Assembly (NCBI GenBank): GCA_049280795.1 | Contig: JBAPQU010000326.1 | Span: 1 to 45,804 of the forward strand | Direction: 5' to 3' | DNA: 45,804 bases | DNA from: Candidatus Sulfotelmatobacter sp. | Lineage (GTDB): Bacteria; Acidobacteriota; Terriglobia; Terriglobales; Acidobacteriaceae | Shown: positions 36,656 to 45,300 of the stretch, piece by piece | Position numbering within the stretch: the stretch's first letter is position 1 | How the letters are laid out: every line of letters starts with the position of its first letter | The notes under the pieces: generated by a model | What the model saw: only the letters and a program-made list of their open reading frames with translations | The model's database searches: none | Told to the model about the DNA's origin: nothing | Made by a program: the position numbers and the translations under genes

Positions 36656-38644
36656 ATGACGGAGCTCAAGAATGAAGACGGCGGTCGATCTCGTGATCGC
36701 GCGCTTGGCATGCACCGCAACATCACGCGCCGGGATTTCATGAACGGCGCTGCCATGGTGATCGGAGCCGCCATGCTTCCGAATGCTCGGGCTTTCGGAA
36801 CGGCAAATCCCATGGAGCCGCAGAATGAACCCGGCTACGATCCACCAGTCAAGACGGGCTTGCGCGGCAGCCATCCCGGTTCGTTCGAAATTGCACACAG
36901 CTTGCGCGACGGCACCTTCTGGGAGAGTGCAGGCAAGCCCGTCGAGAGCGCCGAAACCTATGACCTGGTGATTGTCGGAGGAGGAATTAGCGGGTTGGCC
37001 GCCGCTTATTTCTTTCGTGAGAAAGTAGGAAACTCAGCTCGAATTCTCATTCTTGAGAACCACGACGACTTTGGAGGTCACGCCAAGCGAAACGAATTTC
37101 ACCTGGGTGGTCGACTGCAGCTCTTGAACGGCGGAACACTCCTCATCGACAGCCCCACCAAGTACAGTCCAGAGGCCGACGGTTTGCTGAAGAAGCTTGG
37201 CATTGATCCTCCACGATTCGAGGCGCGATACACAGATCATAAGCTCTATCGATCTCTTGGTCTCCAATCTGCGGTCTTCTTCGATAAAGAGACATTCGGC
37301 GAGGATCGCCTAGCCGTGGGCACTCCGGGACGTGGCTGGGACGATGAAGGTTCTGAAAGTCAAGCAGGGAAGACGCTCAGCTGGACGAACTTTATGAACA
37401 AGACGCCGCTCTCCCCTGCAGTCCGGCGCGACATTGTGCGTGTACAGGAGGCTAAAGTCGACTACATGCCGGGTCTCTCTTCGGCAGAGAAGAAGGCAAG
37501 CCTTTCGAAGATGAGCTATCGGGATTTTCTGCTCAATGTGGTGAAGGTGGACCCCGGGGTGATTCCGTTTTATCAGCGGCGCACGGAGGGAGAATGGGGA
37601 GTTGGAATTGACGCCGAGCCTGCCTTGGATTGCTGGGCCCTCGGCTTCCCTGGATTTCAGGGTATGAGTCTTCAGCCGGGTGCCGCACCTCATATGAGCT
37701 ATTCAGCGGCTGGTTATGCCACCGGCGGTTCGTATCGTTTTCACTTTCCTGACGGGAACGCTTCCATTGCTCGATTACTTGTGAGGGCGCTCATTCCAGA
37801 GGCAGTTCCTGGCCAAACGGCGGAAGATGTCGTCACCGCGCAAGTCGACTACAGCCGCTTAGACCGGGAAGATGCTCCATTAAGACTTCGCTTGAACAGC
37901 ACCGTAGTCGGCGCACGCAATGTCGGAACATCTTCTGCTGCTCAAGAAGTCGAGGTTCTCTATGCGAGCGGCAAGCAGGTATTTAAAGTACGGGCCAAGG
38001 GGTGCGTGTTGGCATGCTGGAATATGATGATTCCTTATTTGTGCCCCGAGCTTCCCGAAGCACAAAAGGAAGCTTTGCATTACCTGGTCAAAGTGCCGTT
38101 GGTTTACACCAGCGTTGGCATTCGGAACTGGACATCATTCCAAAAGCTGGGCATTCAGCGCGTCTCTTCGCCGGGTTCTTACTGGTCCGACGTTAGCCTC
38201 AACGCCGCAGTTAACATGGGCGATTATCGAAGTCCCACGAGCCCCGAAGAGCCAATCTTATTGCATCTCAGTCGGGCTCCCTGCAAGCCCGGCTTGCCAG
38301 CTCGGGAACAGCACAAAATCGGCAGATACGAACTGCTGACCACAACTTTTGAGACATTCGAGCGAAAAATCCGTGACCAACTCGCCCGCACTCTAAGCGC
38401 CGGGGGCTTCGATCCTGCCCGCGACATTGAGGCCATAACCGTGAATCGATGGCCGCATGGCTATGGCTACGAGTACAACCCGCTATTCGATCCCGACTGG
38501 CCCGAAGACAAGCGCCCGAACGTGATCGGCCGCCAGCCCTTTGGAAGGATCACCATCGCCAACACCGATTCTGCGGCAACGGCCTATACCGATACAGCGA
38601 TAAATCAGGCATACCGAGCCGTGAACGAGTTATGGCGCGGTTGA
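36656..38644 (+). CDS. TAT-exported FAD-dependent amine-oxidase-like oxidoreductase (SpdH-like), copy 2
   Basis: It starts 6 nt after copy 1. Motifs are [43 protein letters not shown] and all blocks of copy 1 (roughly 60% identity by eye). It has an extra ~25-aa insertion (RGWDDEGSESQAGKTLSW). Confidence 0.8.
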   Translation: MTELKNEDGGRSRDRALGMHRNITRRDFMNGAAMVIGAAMLPNARAFGTANPMEPQNEPGYDPPVKTGLRGSHPGSFEIAHSLRDGTFWESAGKPVESAETYDLVIVGGGISGLAAAYFFREKVGNSARILILENHDDFGGHAKRNEFHLGGRLQLLNGGTLLIDSPTKYSPEADGLLKKLGIDPPRFEARYTDHKLYRSLGLQSAVFFDKETFGEDRLAVGTPGRGWDDEGSESQAGKTLSWTNFMNKTPLSPAVRRDIVRVQEAKVDYMPGLSSAEKKASLSKMSYRDFLLNVVKVDPGVIPFYQRRTEGEWGVGIDAEPALDCWALGFPGFQGMSLQPGAAPHMSYSAAGYATGGSYRFHFPDGNASIARLLVRALIPEAVPGQTAEDVVTAQVDYSRLDREDAPLRLRLNSTVVGARNVGTSSAAQEVEVLYASGKQVFKVRAKGCVLACWNMMIPYLCPELPEAQKEALHYLVKVPLVYTSVGIRNWTSFQKLGIQRVSSPGSYWSDVSLNAAVNMGDYRSPTSPEEPILLHLSRAPCKPGLPAREQHKIGRYELLTTTFETFERKIRDQLARTLSAGGFDPARDIEAITVNRWPHGYGYEYNPLFDPDWPEDKRPNVIGRQPFGRITIANTDSAATAYTDTAINQAYRAVNELWRG

Positions 38645-39099
38645 TCGCAGCAGTGATTCTTACTCTGCAGAAATTGCACATTGAGGGAAGTCGAACGGCT
38701 TCAACAGTTCTCGTTGAGGTTCGGCTTCTAAGTTGCAGAGACGAACTCAGAATGTTGGCGGAGTATTTACCCAGAGAACCCCAGCTTGTTTATTGGTCGG
38801 GTTGAACCAGCGATGACCGCGGTTGCTCTCGAACCAAAAGCTGTCACCCTGCGGACACCCGACTTCGTTTCCAGACTCTTGCGATTGCGTGGCCGGATCA
38901 CACGATTCGATTGCGCAGGTAAGTCATAGAGTTCCAACACCGTGGTACCACATGCCGCGGCTAATCGGTAATTTTGGGCGTCGCACGCAAGTAATACTAA
39001 CGTGGAATATTGCAAATGTGGAATTCGCTTTTTGGTCGCTGCCGCGCTGGCGAAAGCGGCCATAATGCCGATCCCCGCCGACGGTGCCGCTCAAGGACT

Positions 39100-39175
39100 A
39101 GGTCACTGGCTTCGGCAAAAAAGAGTCGAAGAAGATTTCCGGACATCGCTATGATGGAAAGGTCACTGATTCGGC
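39100..39175 (+). repeat. Direct repeat pair AGGTCACTG(1-2 nt)TTCGGC upstream of the Mo-enzyme operon
   Basis: Copy 1 is at 39100-39116 (aggtcactggcttcggc) and copy 2 at 39160-39175 (aggtcactgattcggc). Both share an identical 9-mer plus 6-mer. The spacing is 60 bp, and copy 2 ends 20 nt before ATG 39196. Confidence 0.35.
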
Positions 39176-39195
39176 TGGGCTAAGAGGTAATTCGC

Positions 39196-39846
39196 ATGAC
39201 AGAGAAAGCCGATGCCAATGAAATAAAAGAAGTGCCGAAATCTGTTTCTCGGCGCAACTTCATCAAAGGGGTCATCACCAGCGGCGTCGCAGTGTCCTCC
39301 GCGGGTTATTTGTTTCGCCCCTCGACTCTGCTGCATGGCCAGCAGTCGACTATGGGCGTAGGCGAGCGACTGATAACTCTCAACGTCAACGGCCAGCAGC
39401 GGCGCGTCGACGTCATGAAGCAAGAGACGCTGGCGTCAACGCTGCGTTACAAACTGGGCCTGACCGGCACCAAGCTGGGATGCGACCGCGCCGAATGCGG
39501 ATCGTGCACCGTCCTTATCGATGACATTCCACACTATTCGTGTTCGGTGCTGACTCACACCGTGCGTGGCCGTAGAGTTGTCACCATTGAAGGCCTGGCG
39601 AGTGCCGATGGAACCTTGCATCCGGTACAGCAGGGGGTGATCGACGAACAGGGCTTTCAGTGCGCCTTCTGTATGTCCGGCTTCGTCATGGCGACCGTGG
39701 GATATCTTAAAACCAATCCCAATCCCAGCCGGCAGGAATTGGCGCACGGCATCTCCGGATGTCTGTGCCGCTGCCAGGACTACGACAAGATTCTGACCGC
39801 GATGATGCGAGGTGCGGAGAATTTGCGGAGGGCTTCGCTTGGATAA
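39196..39846 (+). CDS. TAT-signal [2Fe-2S] small subunit of a xanthine-dehydrogenase-family molybdoenzyme (PaoA-like)
   Basis: Signal SVSRRNFIKGVITSGVAVSSAG. Cluster motifs are GCDRAECGSCTV...YSC and QCAFCMSG...CLCRCQDY. Confidence 0.9.
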   Translation: MTEKADANEIKEVPKSVSRRNFIKGVITSGVAVSSAGYLFRPSTLLHGQQSTMGVGERLITLNVNGQQRRVDVMKQETLASTLRYKLGLTGTKLGCDRAECGSCTVLIDDIPHYSCSVLTHTVRGRRVVTIEGLASADGTLHPVQQGVIDEQGFQCAFCMSGFVMATVGYLKTNPNPSRQELAHGISGCLCRCQDYDKILTAMMRGAENLRRASLG

Positions 39847-42358
39847 GGCAAAGGTTGTCGAGACCGCAAAGACTGCTGAGCGCCAGTATGGAGCCGGCTA
39901 CAAGCTGATCGGCAAGAACTATACGACGCCGGATCTTTACGCAAAAGTGACCGGCCAGGCAAAATATGCGGAGGACTTTCGCGCGGAAGGCATGTTGTTC
40001 TGCAAGTTGTTGCTCAGCCCTATGCCGCATGCACGGGTAAAACGCATCCATACCAAGGCGGCGCTCACCATGCCCGGCGTGAAAGCCATTCTCACGGCGG
40101 ACGATCTTCCCGCGCCGGCAGATACTCTTACCGACAATGGAACGGTGATTAAGGCCAGCAAGTGGGGTGAACGCGGCCTTACCAATGAACCGGTTTATCA
40201 GGGCGAACCGATTCTTGCTGTGGCCGCCGTCGACGAACTCACCGCCGCCGAAGCGATCGAGAAAATTGACATTGATTTTGAACCGCTTCCGTTCGTGGTC
40301 GATCCGCTTGCCACTCTCAGGCCCGGAGGGCCGAACCCTCGAATCGATGGCAATGTATGGGCTCGGCCTTCAGGACAACATTCGGGTCCGCCGGACGTTA
40401 CGGAACTGAAATGGACGGAGGCGGATTTCGCGGAAGAAAAACATGGCCGTCTTCCGATGGGCAAAGCTCCCGATGAGTGGTCCTATGGGGACATCGATTC
40501 CGGATTCAGGGATGCGGCACTGGTTCTTGATGAAACATTCGTCACTCCGGACACCAGCCATCAAACGCTTGAGACCCGGAGCGCCATGGCTTACTGGCAA
40601 AACGGCAAAGTTTACATCTACACCGGGACGCAGAGCACCGCGCAGACCCTGCCTGCGATTGCCCGCTGGTTGAATATCGATCCGGACAACGTGGTTTTCA
40701 TCAGCGAATACACCGGAGGCGGATTCGGCAGCAAGATCACCGGCGGAGTGTCGATGATTATCCCAGCGCTGCTGGCGAAGAAGACGAATGCTCCGGTGAT
40801 GATGCGCATCAGCCGTGAGGAAGAGACTTTCATCGGACGTGCGCGACCTGGTTTTCAGGGACGGATGAAGGTTGGCTTCTCCAGGGAAGGGCGCATTGTT
40901 GCGCTTGACATGTTCGTGATTTGCGACAATGGTCCCTACGACGCGGTGGGCGATGCTCCGTCGTCGGGACGCATCGTCTCTCTGTTGTACCAGCCACAAG
41001 CTATGCGCTGGCGCGGAGTGACGGTACTCACGAATACACCGCCGCGCAGCGCACAGAGCGCTCCGGGCGGTCTGCAGGGGATCGTCATCATGGAGCCGAT
41101 CGTAGCGAAAGCTGCACGAAAGCTGGATGTTGACCAGGTGGCGATTCGCCGCATCAACTGTCCCGAGGGCAAGGCGCCGTTCGGGCCAGTGGTGCAGGGA
41201 AAGCGACAGTATGCCACCAGCGCATTCCTGAAGGAGGCGCTCGACCGCGGTGCAGAACAATTTAAGTGGAGCCAGCGAGTTGCCCGCACTCCAAAAAGAA
41301 TTGGCACAAAAGTTCGTGGCGTTGGCGTATCGCTAAGTTGTTACGTAGGAGGCACGATCGGTTTCGACGGACTTCTCGTTATCAAGCCCGATGGTCTCAT
41401 TACCTTTCACTCTGGAATCGGCAATCTGGGTACGGAGTCGGTGATTGATGTTCACCGCGCTGGCGCAGAGGTTCTCGGTGTGCCGTGGGAAAAATGCGAA
41501 GTCGTGTGGGGTAACACAACCAGGAACCTTCCTTTTACTTGCGTCTCCGGCGGCAGCCAGACGACCCATGCGATGACGCGGGCGGCCCACGCCGCGGCTA
41601 TGGACGCCAAGAAAAAACTCCAGGAAATTGCGGCGAAGAAACTCGGTGGTAAACCGGAGCAATACGAGGTCTCCAACGAGCGCGTGTTCCGCAAGGGCGG
41701 CGCCGGCATGAGTTTGGCGCAGGCCGCGAAATACGCGATTCAACTGGGCGGGGTCTATGACGGCCACGAAGCGCCTGCCGACGTCCATAAATTGACTAAG
41801 ACGTCAGTAGAGGCGTTAGCCGGTCAAGGCTTGGTGGCGGCGGCTAAGGACAACTATCCTCGCGACGGGTCCACGTTTTCCTATGTGGCCAGCTTCGCCG
41901 AAGTTGAGGTCGATGTCGAAACCGGCAAGTATTACATTGTGGACTTCCTCGCATCCGCTGATGTCGGCACAGTAATCCATCCCCGCGCACTCGGCGGACA
42001 GGTGCTCGGCCGCTCGACTCTTGGTATCGGTCATGCCATCGGTCAAAAGTGGGTATTCGATCCGCACTACGGTGAAATGGTATCCAAGCGATTCCATCAC
42101 AACAAACCGCCAACGATTCTTGATGTACCTGTTGACATGCAATGGACCGCGCTGGATATTCCGGACCCGGAGACGCCAGTGGGCGCTCGCGGTGTAGGCG
42201 AGCCGCCGGTTGCGGGCGGGTGTGGCGCCATTTTGAACGCCCTTTCGGATGCGCTGGGAGACGAGATTTTTCAACGCGCACCGGTGAATGCCGACACGAT
42301 TCTCACGTCGCTCGAAGCGGGCCGGCCCATGCAGCATCCGCTGATGGCCCACATTTGA
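39839..42358 (+). CDS. Molybdopterin-binding large subunit of a xanthine-dehydrogenase-family enzyme (PaoC-like)
   Basis: TTG 39839 lies 6 nt after GGAGGG and overlaps the small-subunit stop; GTG 39812 is an alternative. Motifs are GKNYTTPDLYAKVTGQAKYAEDF, YTGGGFGSK and the catalytic-Glu region ARGVGEPPVAGG. No CO-dehydrogenase AYRCSFR/AYRGAGR signature was seen. Confidence 0.9.
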   Translation: MDKAKVVETAKTAERQYGAGYKLIGKNYTTPDLYAKVTGQAKYAEDFRAEGMLFCKLLLSPMPHARVKRIHTKAALTMPGVKAILTADDLPAPADTLTDNGTVIKASKWGERGLTNEPVYQGEPILAVAAVDELTAAEAIEKIDIDFEPLPFVVDPLATLRPGGPNPRIDGNVWARPSGQHSGPPDVTELKWTEADFAEEKHGRLPMGKAPDEWSYGDIDSGFRDAALVLDETFVTPDTSHQTLETRSAMAYWQNGKVYIYTGTQSTAQTLPAIARWLNIDPDNVVFISEYTGGGFGSKITGGVSMIIPALLAKKTNAPVMMRISREEETFIGRARPGFQGRMKVGFSREGRIVALDMFVICDNGPYDAVGDAPSSGRIVSLLYQPQAMRWRGVTVLTNTPPRSAQSAPGGLQGIVIMEPIVAKAARKLDVDQVAIRRINCPEGKAPFGPVVQGKRQYATSAFLKEALDRGAEQFKWSQRVARTPKRIGTKVRGVGVSLSCYVGGTIGFDGLLVIKPDGLITFHSGIGNLGTESVIDVHRAGAEVLGVPWEKCEVVWGNTTRNLPFTCVSGGSQTTHAMTRAAHAAAMDAKKKLQEIAAKKLGGKPEQYEVSNERVFRKGGAGMSLAQAAKYAIQLGGVYDGHEAPADVHKLTKTSVEALAGQGLVAAAKDNYPRDGSTFSYVASFAEVEVDVETGKYYIVDFLASADVGTVIHPRALGGQVLGRSTLGIGHAIGQKWVFDPHYGEMVSKRFHHNKPPTILDVPVDMQWTALDIPDPETPVGARGVGEPPVAGGCGAILNALSDALGDEIFQRAPVNADTILTSLEAGRPMQHPLMAHI

Positions 42359-42386
42359 GATTTGGATTGGAATTGGAGGGAGATTT

Positions 42387-43403
42387 ATGGCTGTCATTCG
42401 AGACGTAATGGCCGCTTTCGAGCTGTATCAGCCGAGCTCCATTGCCGATGCGCAGAAGCTTCTCGAACAGCACGGAACTGATGCACTGGTGTGGGCCGGA
42501 GGGCTCGACAGTTTGGACTGGCTGAAGGATCGAATTAAGAAGCCCAAGGCTTTGGTCGATCTCAGCGGAATCGAAGAACTGCGCGGAGTCCGGACGACAA
42601 GTGATGGAATCGAAATCGGCGCCATGACCACGCTTACCGAAATAGTGAATCATCCCGTCATCAAACAGAAATATGATCTGCTGGCGCAGGCTGCGGAAGT
42701 TGTGGCGTCGCCGCAAATCCGCAACCAGGGAACACTCGGCGGCAATGTCTCGCAGGACACGCGCTGCTGGTATTACCGCGGAGGTTGGCCGTGCTACCGC
42801 GCCGGCGGAAATATTTGCTATGCCGACACACCGGAAGGCCGCAATCGCGAGCACGCAATTCTGCACGCAGACCGCTGTGTGGCAGTGAATCCCTCCGACA
42901 CGTCCCCGGCCCTGATCGCGCTGGACGCTAAGTTCGTCATGCGCACCTCTAAAGGTGAGCGTGTAGTGGATGCTGAGAACTACTTCATCGGTCCTGACAT
43001 CGACATTACCCGGCTGCACGTTTTACAGCCCGGAGATCTGCTGACAGCCATTCGGATTCCGTCTACATGGGCGGGAGCGCAATTTTACTTCGAGAAAGTG
43101 CGAGACCGAAACGTGTGGGACTTCCCGCTGATGAATGTGGCCTCAGCCATGGTGACATCCGGAGATACGATCGAGCGAATCCGGATTGCGGTAAACGGTG
43201 CGGCTGCCCGTCCACTACGATTGAAAGCAGTCGAGGATGCCGTTCGCGGCAGGCAGCGGAACCCAGCGATCGGAGAGATGGCGGGACGTCTGGCCGTGCA
43301 AGGAGCGATCCCATTACAGTTCAACGCCTATAAGATTCCGCTGATGAGAAATCTGGTGAAGCGCGCCATCAGCGGAGTGGAGGAGGCCGCGTGGGCATCT
43401 TAG
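42387..43403 (+). CDS. FAD-binding medium subunit (CO-dehydrogenase-flavoprotein-like, PaoB-like)
   Basis: FELYQPSSIADAQKLLEQHG..ALVWAGGLDSLDWLK, NQGTLGGNV and a C-terminal CO_deh_flav_C-like domain. Confidence 0.9.
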   Translation: MAVIRDVMAAFELYQPSSIADAQKLLEQHGTDALVWAGGLDSLDWLKDRIKKPKALVDLSGIEELRGVRTTSDGIEIGAMTTLTEIVNHPVIKQKYDLLAQAAEVVASPQIRNQGTLGGNVSQDTRCWYYRGGWPCYRAGGNICYADTPEGRNREHAILHADRCVAVNPSDTSPALIALDAKFVMRTSKGERVVDAENYFIGPDIDITRLHVLQPGDLLTAIRIPSTWAGAQFYFEKVRDRNVWDFPLMNVASAMVTSGDTIERIRIAVNGAAARPLRLKAVEDAVRGRQRNPAIGEMAGRLAVQGAIPLQFNAYKIPLMRNLVKRAISGVEEAAWAS

Positions 43404-44221
43404 AGTGGGCTACCGACCCGTGGGGACAGAGTGTTCCCATCCATATCGCATGGTTCTTGATTTGGGTTGCCGTAATCGCAGGACTACTCTTCCTGATCGT
43501 CCATGCGGTCTACGTAATGTATTTCGCCAAGGCCAGGGAATTTGCGTCGGATGCTGCTGCCGCAGTCACTGCGCGCATACCCAAGCGCGTTCCGCGTCAT
43601 TCGCTCGTGGCGCGGCTGTTTCACTGGATCATGGCAGCCTCTATGTTCACGTTGCTGTTCACTGCCTTCCTTCCGAAGGTGGGCATCCAGTTTAATTGGG
43701 TGACCTATCATTGGATCGCCGGCGCTGTGTTAACCGTTTCGATCGTCTTTCACATCATTCATGCTTCCTTCTGGTTGGATTTTTGGTCGATCTGGCCTGA
43801 CCGGACCGATCTGGACGACGCCTGGAAAAGGATTCGCCGGTTTTTCGGAATGCCCGCGCCCGCGCCGCATAAGTTTGCCAAATATCCCCTGGAGAACAAG
43901 CTCTTCCACGGCGTCATTATCTTGTGCGGTCTGTCGGTGATCTTTACCGGCGTTCTCATGATGTCTCGCGTGCGTACGATCTTTTTCCCTCGGAATCCAT
44001 ATCTCTTCAGCGACATGACTTGGGGCCTCATGTACGTGCTGCACGGACTGGCTGGCGTGGGTCTGATTGGGCTGGTCATGATGCACGTCTACATGGGTCT
44101 TCGCCCAGAGAAGCGCGACATCACGAAATCGATGATCTTCGGCTGGATGGATCGCGACTTTTATCTGAAAGAGCATGATCCCGAGCGCTGGGTGGTCGAG
44201 ACACCTTCGAGATCCAAGTAA
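43391..44221 (+). CDS. Membrane b-type cytochrome (HyaC/FdnI/cytochrome b561-like)
   Basis: GTG 43391 follows GGAGGAGG and overlaps the FAD-subunit gene by 13 nt. The protein has about 5 TM. The family opening is RHSLVARLFHWIMAASMFTLLFTAF, with conserved His candidates in HWIAGAVLTVSIVFHIIH and MYVLHGLAG...MMHVYMG. Confidence 0.8.
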   Translation: MGILEWATDPWGQSVPIHIAWFLIWVAVIAGLLFLIVHAVYVMYFAKAREFASDAAAAVTARIPKRVPRHSLVARLFHWIMAASMFTLLFTAFLPKVGIQFNWVTYHWIAGAVLTVSIVFHIIHASFWLDFWSIWPDRTDLDDAWKRIRRFFGMPAPAPHKFAKYPLENKLFHGVIILCGLSVIFTGVLMMSRVRTIFFPRNPYLFSDMTWGLMYVLHGLAGVGLIGLVMMHVYMGLRPEKRDITKSMIFGWMDRDFYLKEHDPERWVVETPSRSK

Positions 44222-44246
44222 AGAGTGGACCACCGAGAGCTACAAA

Positions 44247-44678
44247 ATGCCGACTGAGATCTCGAATCGTTGTGACGCAGTGGAAGAGTGCTACGAGTTC
44301 CTTCTGGCTTACGCGGCCCAAGGACTTCCCAGTGACCAAGGCAGCAAGTCGGGGGCACAAGTACGTGGTTTCCTGCAGAACGCCGTGAAAGCATTAACCG
44401 GCCTGGCGGAGACCTGCGCGCTGGCAGTCAAAGAGGAAGGTCTTGAGCCAGCCGACAAATACTTGGCGTTCGTTGCCGTGATTGATCGCGATGCTCGCGA
44501 TTCTCTTGCCGCGATTCAGTTGGTTCTGGCCCAACCCGCCATTAGTTCGCAGTTGATCGACAATTTGAATGCTTCCATCCATCTCCGTGCCCTTCTCACT
44601 GACCTGTTCCTGGTGGACGAGGTCGTGAGGCACCAAGACAAGCCGGCGGGGCAAACGGTCGCGACCGAAGGCAAATGA
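44247..44678 (+). CDS. Hypothetical helical protein (143 aa), last gene of the Mo-enzyme cluster
   Basis: ATG 44247 is 25 nt after the cytochrome b stop, on the same strand. The composition is soluble and alpha-helical (CDAVEECYEFLLAYAAQGL...AIQLVLAQPAISSQLIDNLNASIHLRALLTDLF). I recognise no family. It is not XdhC/PaoD-like. Confidence 0.6.
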   Translation: MPTEISNRCDAVEECYEFLLAYAAQGLPSDQGSKSGAQVRGFLQNAVKALTGLAETCALAVKEEGLEPADKYLAFVAVIDRDARDSLAAIQLVLAQPAISSQLIDNLNASIHLRALLTDLFLVDEVVRHQDKPAGQTVATEGK

Positions 44679-44774
44679 GCTGCACGGCAAACTGCAAATG
44701 GGGAGAACACATCCCGAAGTAGCGGAAGCCCTGCGAGGAGCGCGGAGAGAATGTAGATCACATCTTTAGGATAG

Positions 44775-45143
44775 TGGTGGAGGCGGCGGGAGTCGAACCC
44801 GCGTCCGAAAATGTTACTGGTCAAGAGACTACATGCTTATTCACGTTCATGCCCCAGGCATTACCCTGGGACGTTCGCGGCCCACGCTCAGAACGGACAA
44901 GAAACGCTAGCCACTAGCCTGTAGTCTTAGCCTCTCACCCCAGACGTAGAAGAGAAGAGCAGCCCGCTGTGCGACGTCCTTCGGAGGCCCACGGGCGAAG
45001 ACTCCTGGGACGGCTGCCTAAACTAGTTAGGCTGCGTATGCCATGGTTTGATTGGCAATTATCGTTTTGCACGCGATTACGGGTGTGTGCACCCCGGCAT
45101 GCCTCCTGGCCGCAAGCATCTCCGTCGAAGCCGTGACGCCCCC
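44775..45143 (-). ncRNA. ssrA: tmRNA (transfer-messenger RNA)
   Basis: The 5' end GGGGGCGUCACGGCUUCGACGG pairs with the 3' end ..GGACGCGGGUUCGACUCCCGCCGCCUCCACCA. This gives an acceptor stem with the G3-U Ala identity pair, a T-arm and an encoded CCA. The internal tag ORF is GCC AAU CAA ACC AUG GCA UAC GCA GCC UAA, encoding ANQTMAYAA (45027-45056). Confidence 0.92.
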
Positions 45144-45300
45144 ACTTGTGGGTTTGGCCGTTGGAAAGAGCTAGTTCAAGACTAGGGACGAACCTCCATT
45201 AAGTCAATTGTCTAGATGCTTGACGGCGGTTTGGGATTCCGGACGCGATTAATCCCCCCGCTATTTGAAAACACGGCAAGACTATGCAAGAATAGCATGC

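Noticed and set aside
35900-36898. A 332-aa minus-strand ORF spanning the junction of the two FAD oxidoreductase genes. Similar ORFs occur at 40370-41260, 42303-43019, 2556-3083, 17171-17689 and 41816-42397.
   Set aside because: For the three I checked (35900-36898, 40370-41260, 42303-43019), these are codon-aligned antisense frames of well-supported genes; the other three I did not check for frame but they lie antisense to well-supported genes. All have low-complexity Arg/Gly/His-rich translations with no motifs.
38685-38698. gggaagtcgaacgg, which resembles the tmRNA T-arm segment gggagtcgaaccc. I considered it as a possible att duplicate marking an ssrA-integrated island.
   Set aside because: Only a 6-mer plus a few bases match, with an indel. 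No integrase or other mobile genes lie between it and ssrA, and the intervening genes are ordinary metabolism.
38767-39063. A 98-aa minus-strand ORF and an 80-aa plus-strand ORF (38823-39065) in the long gap before the Mo-enzyme operon.
   Set aside because: There are no motifs. They contain several TTA Leu codons that are otherwise rare here, no RBS, and they overlap each other.
39060-39195. A possible Moco riboswitch in the leader of the molybdoenzyme operon.
   Set aside because: I cannot reproduce the conserved Moco-motif core from memory in this sequence. I report the direct repeats only and leave this to an Rfam scan.
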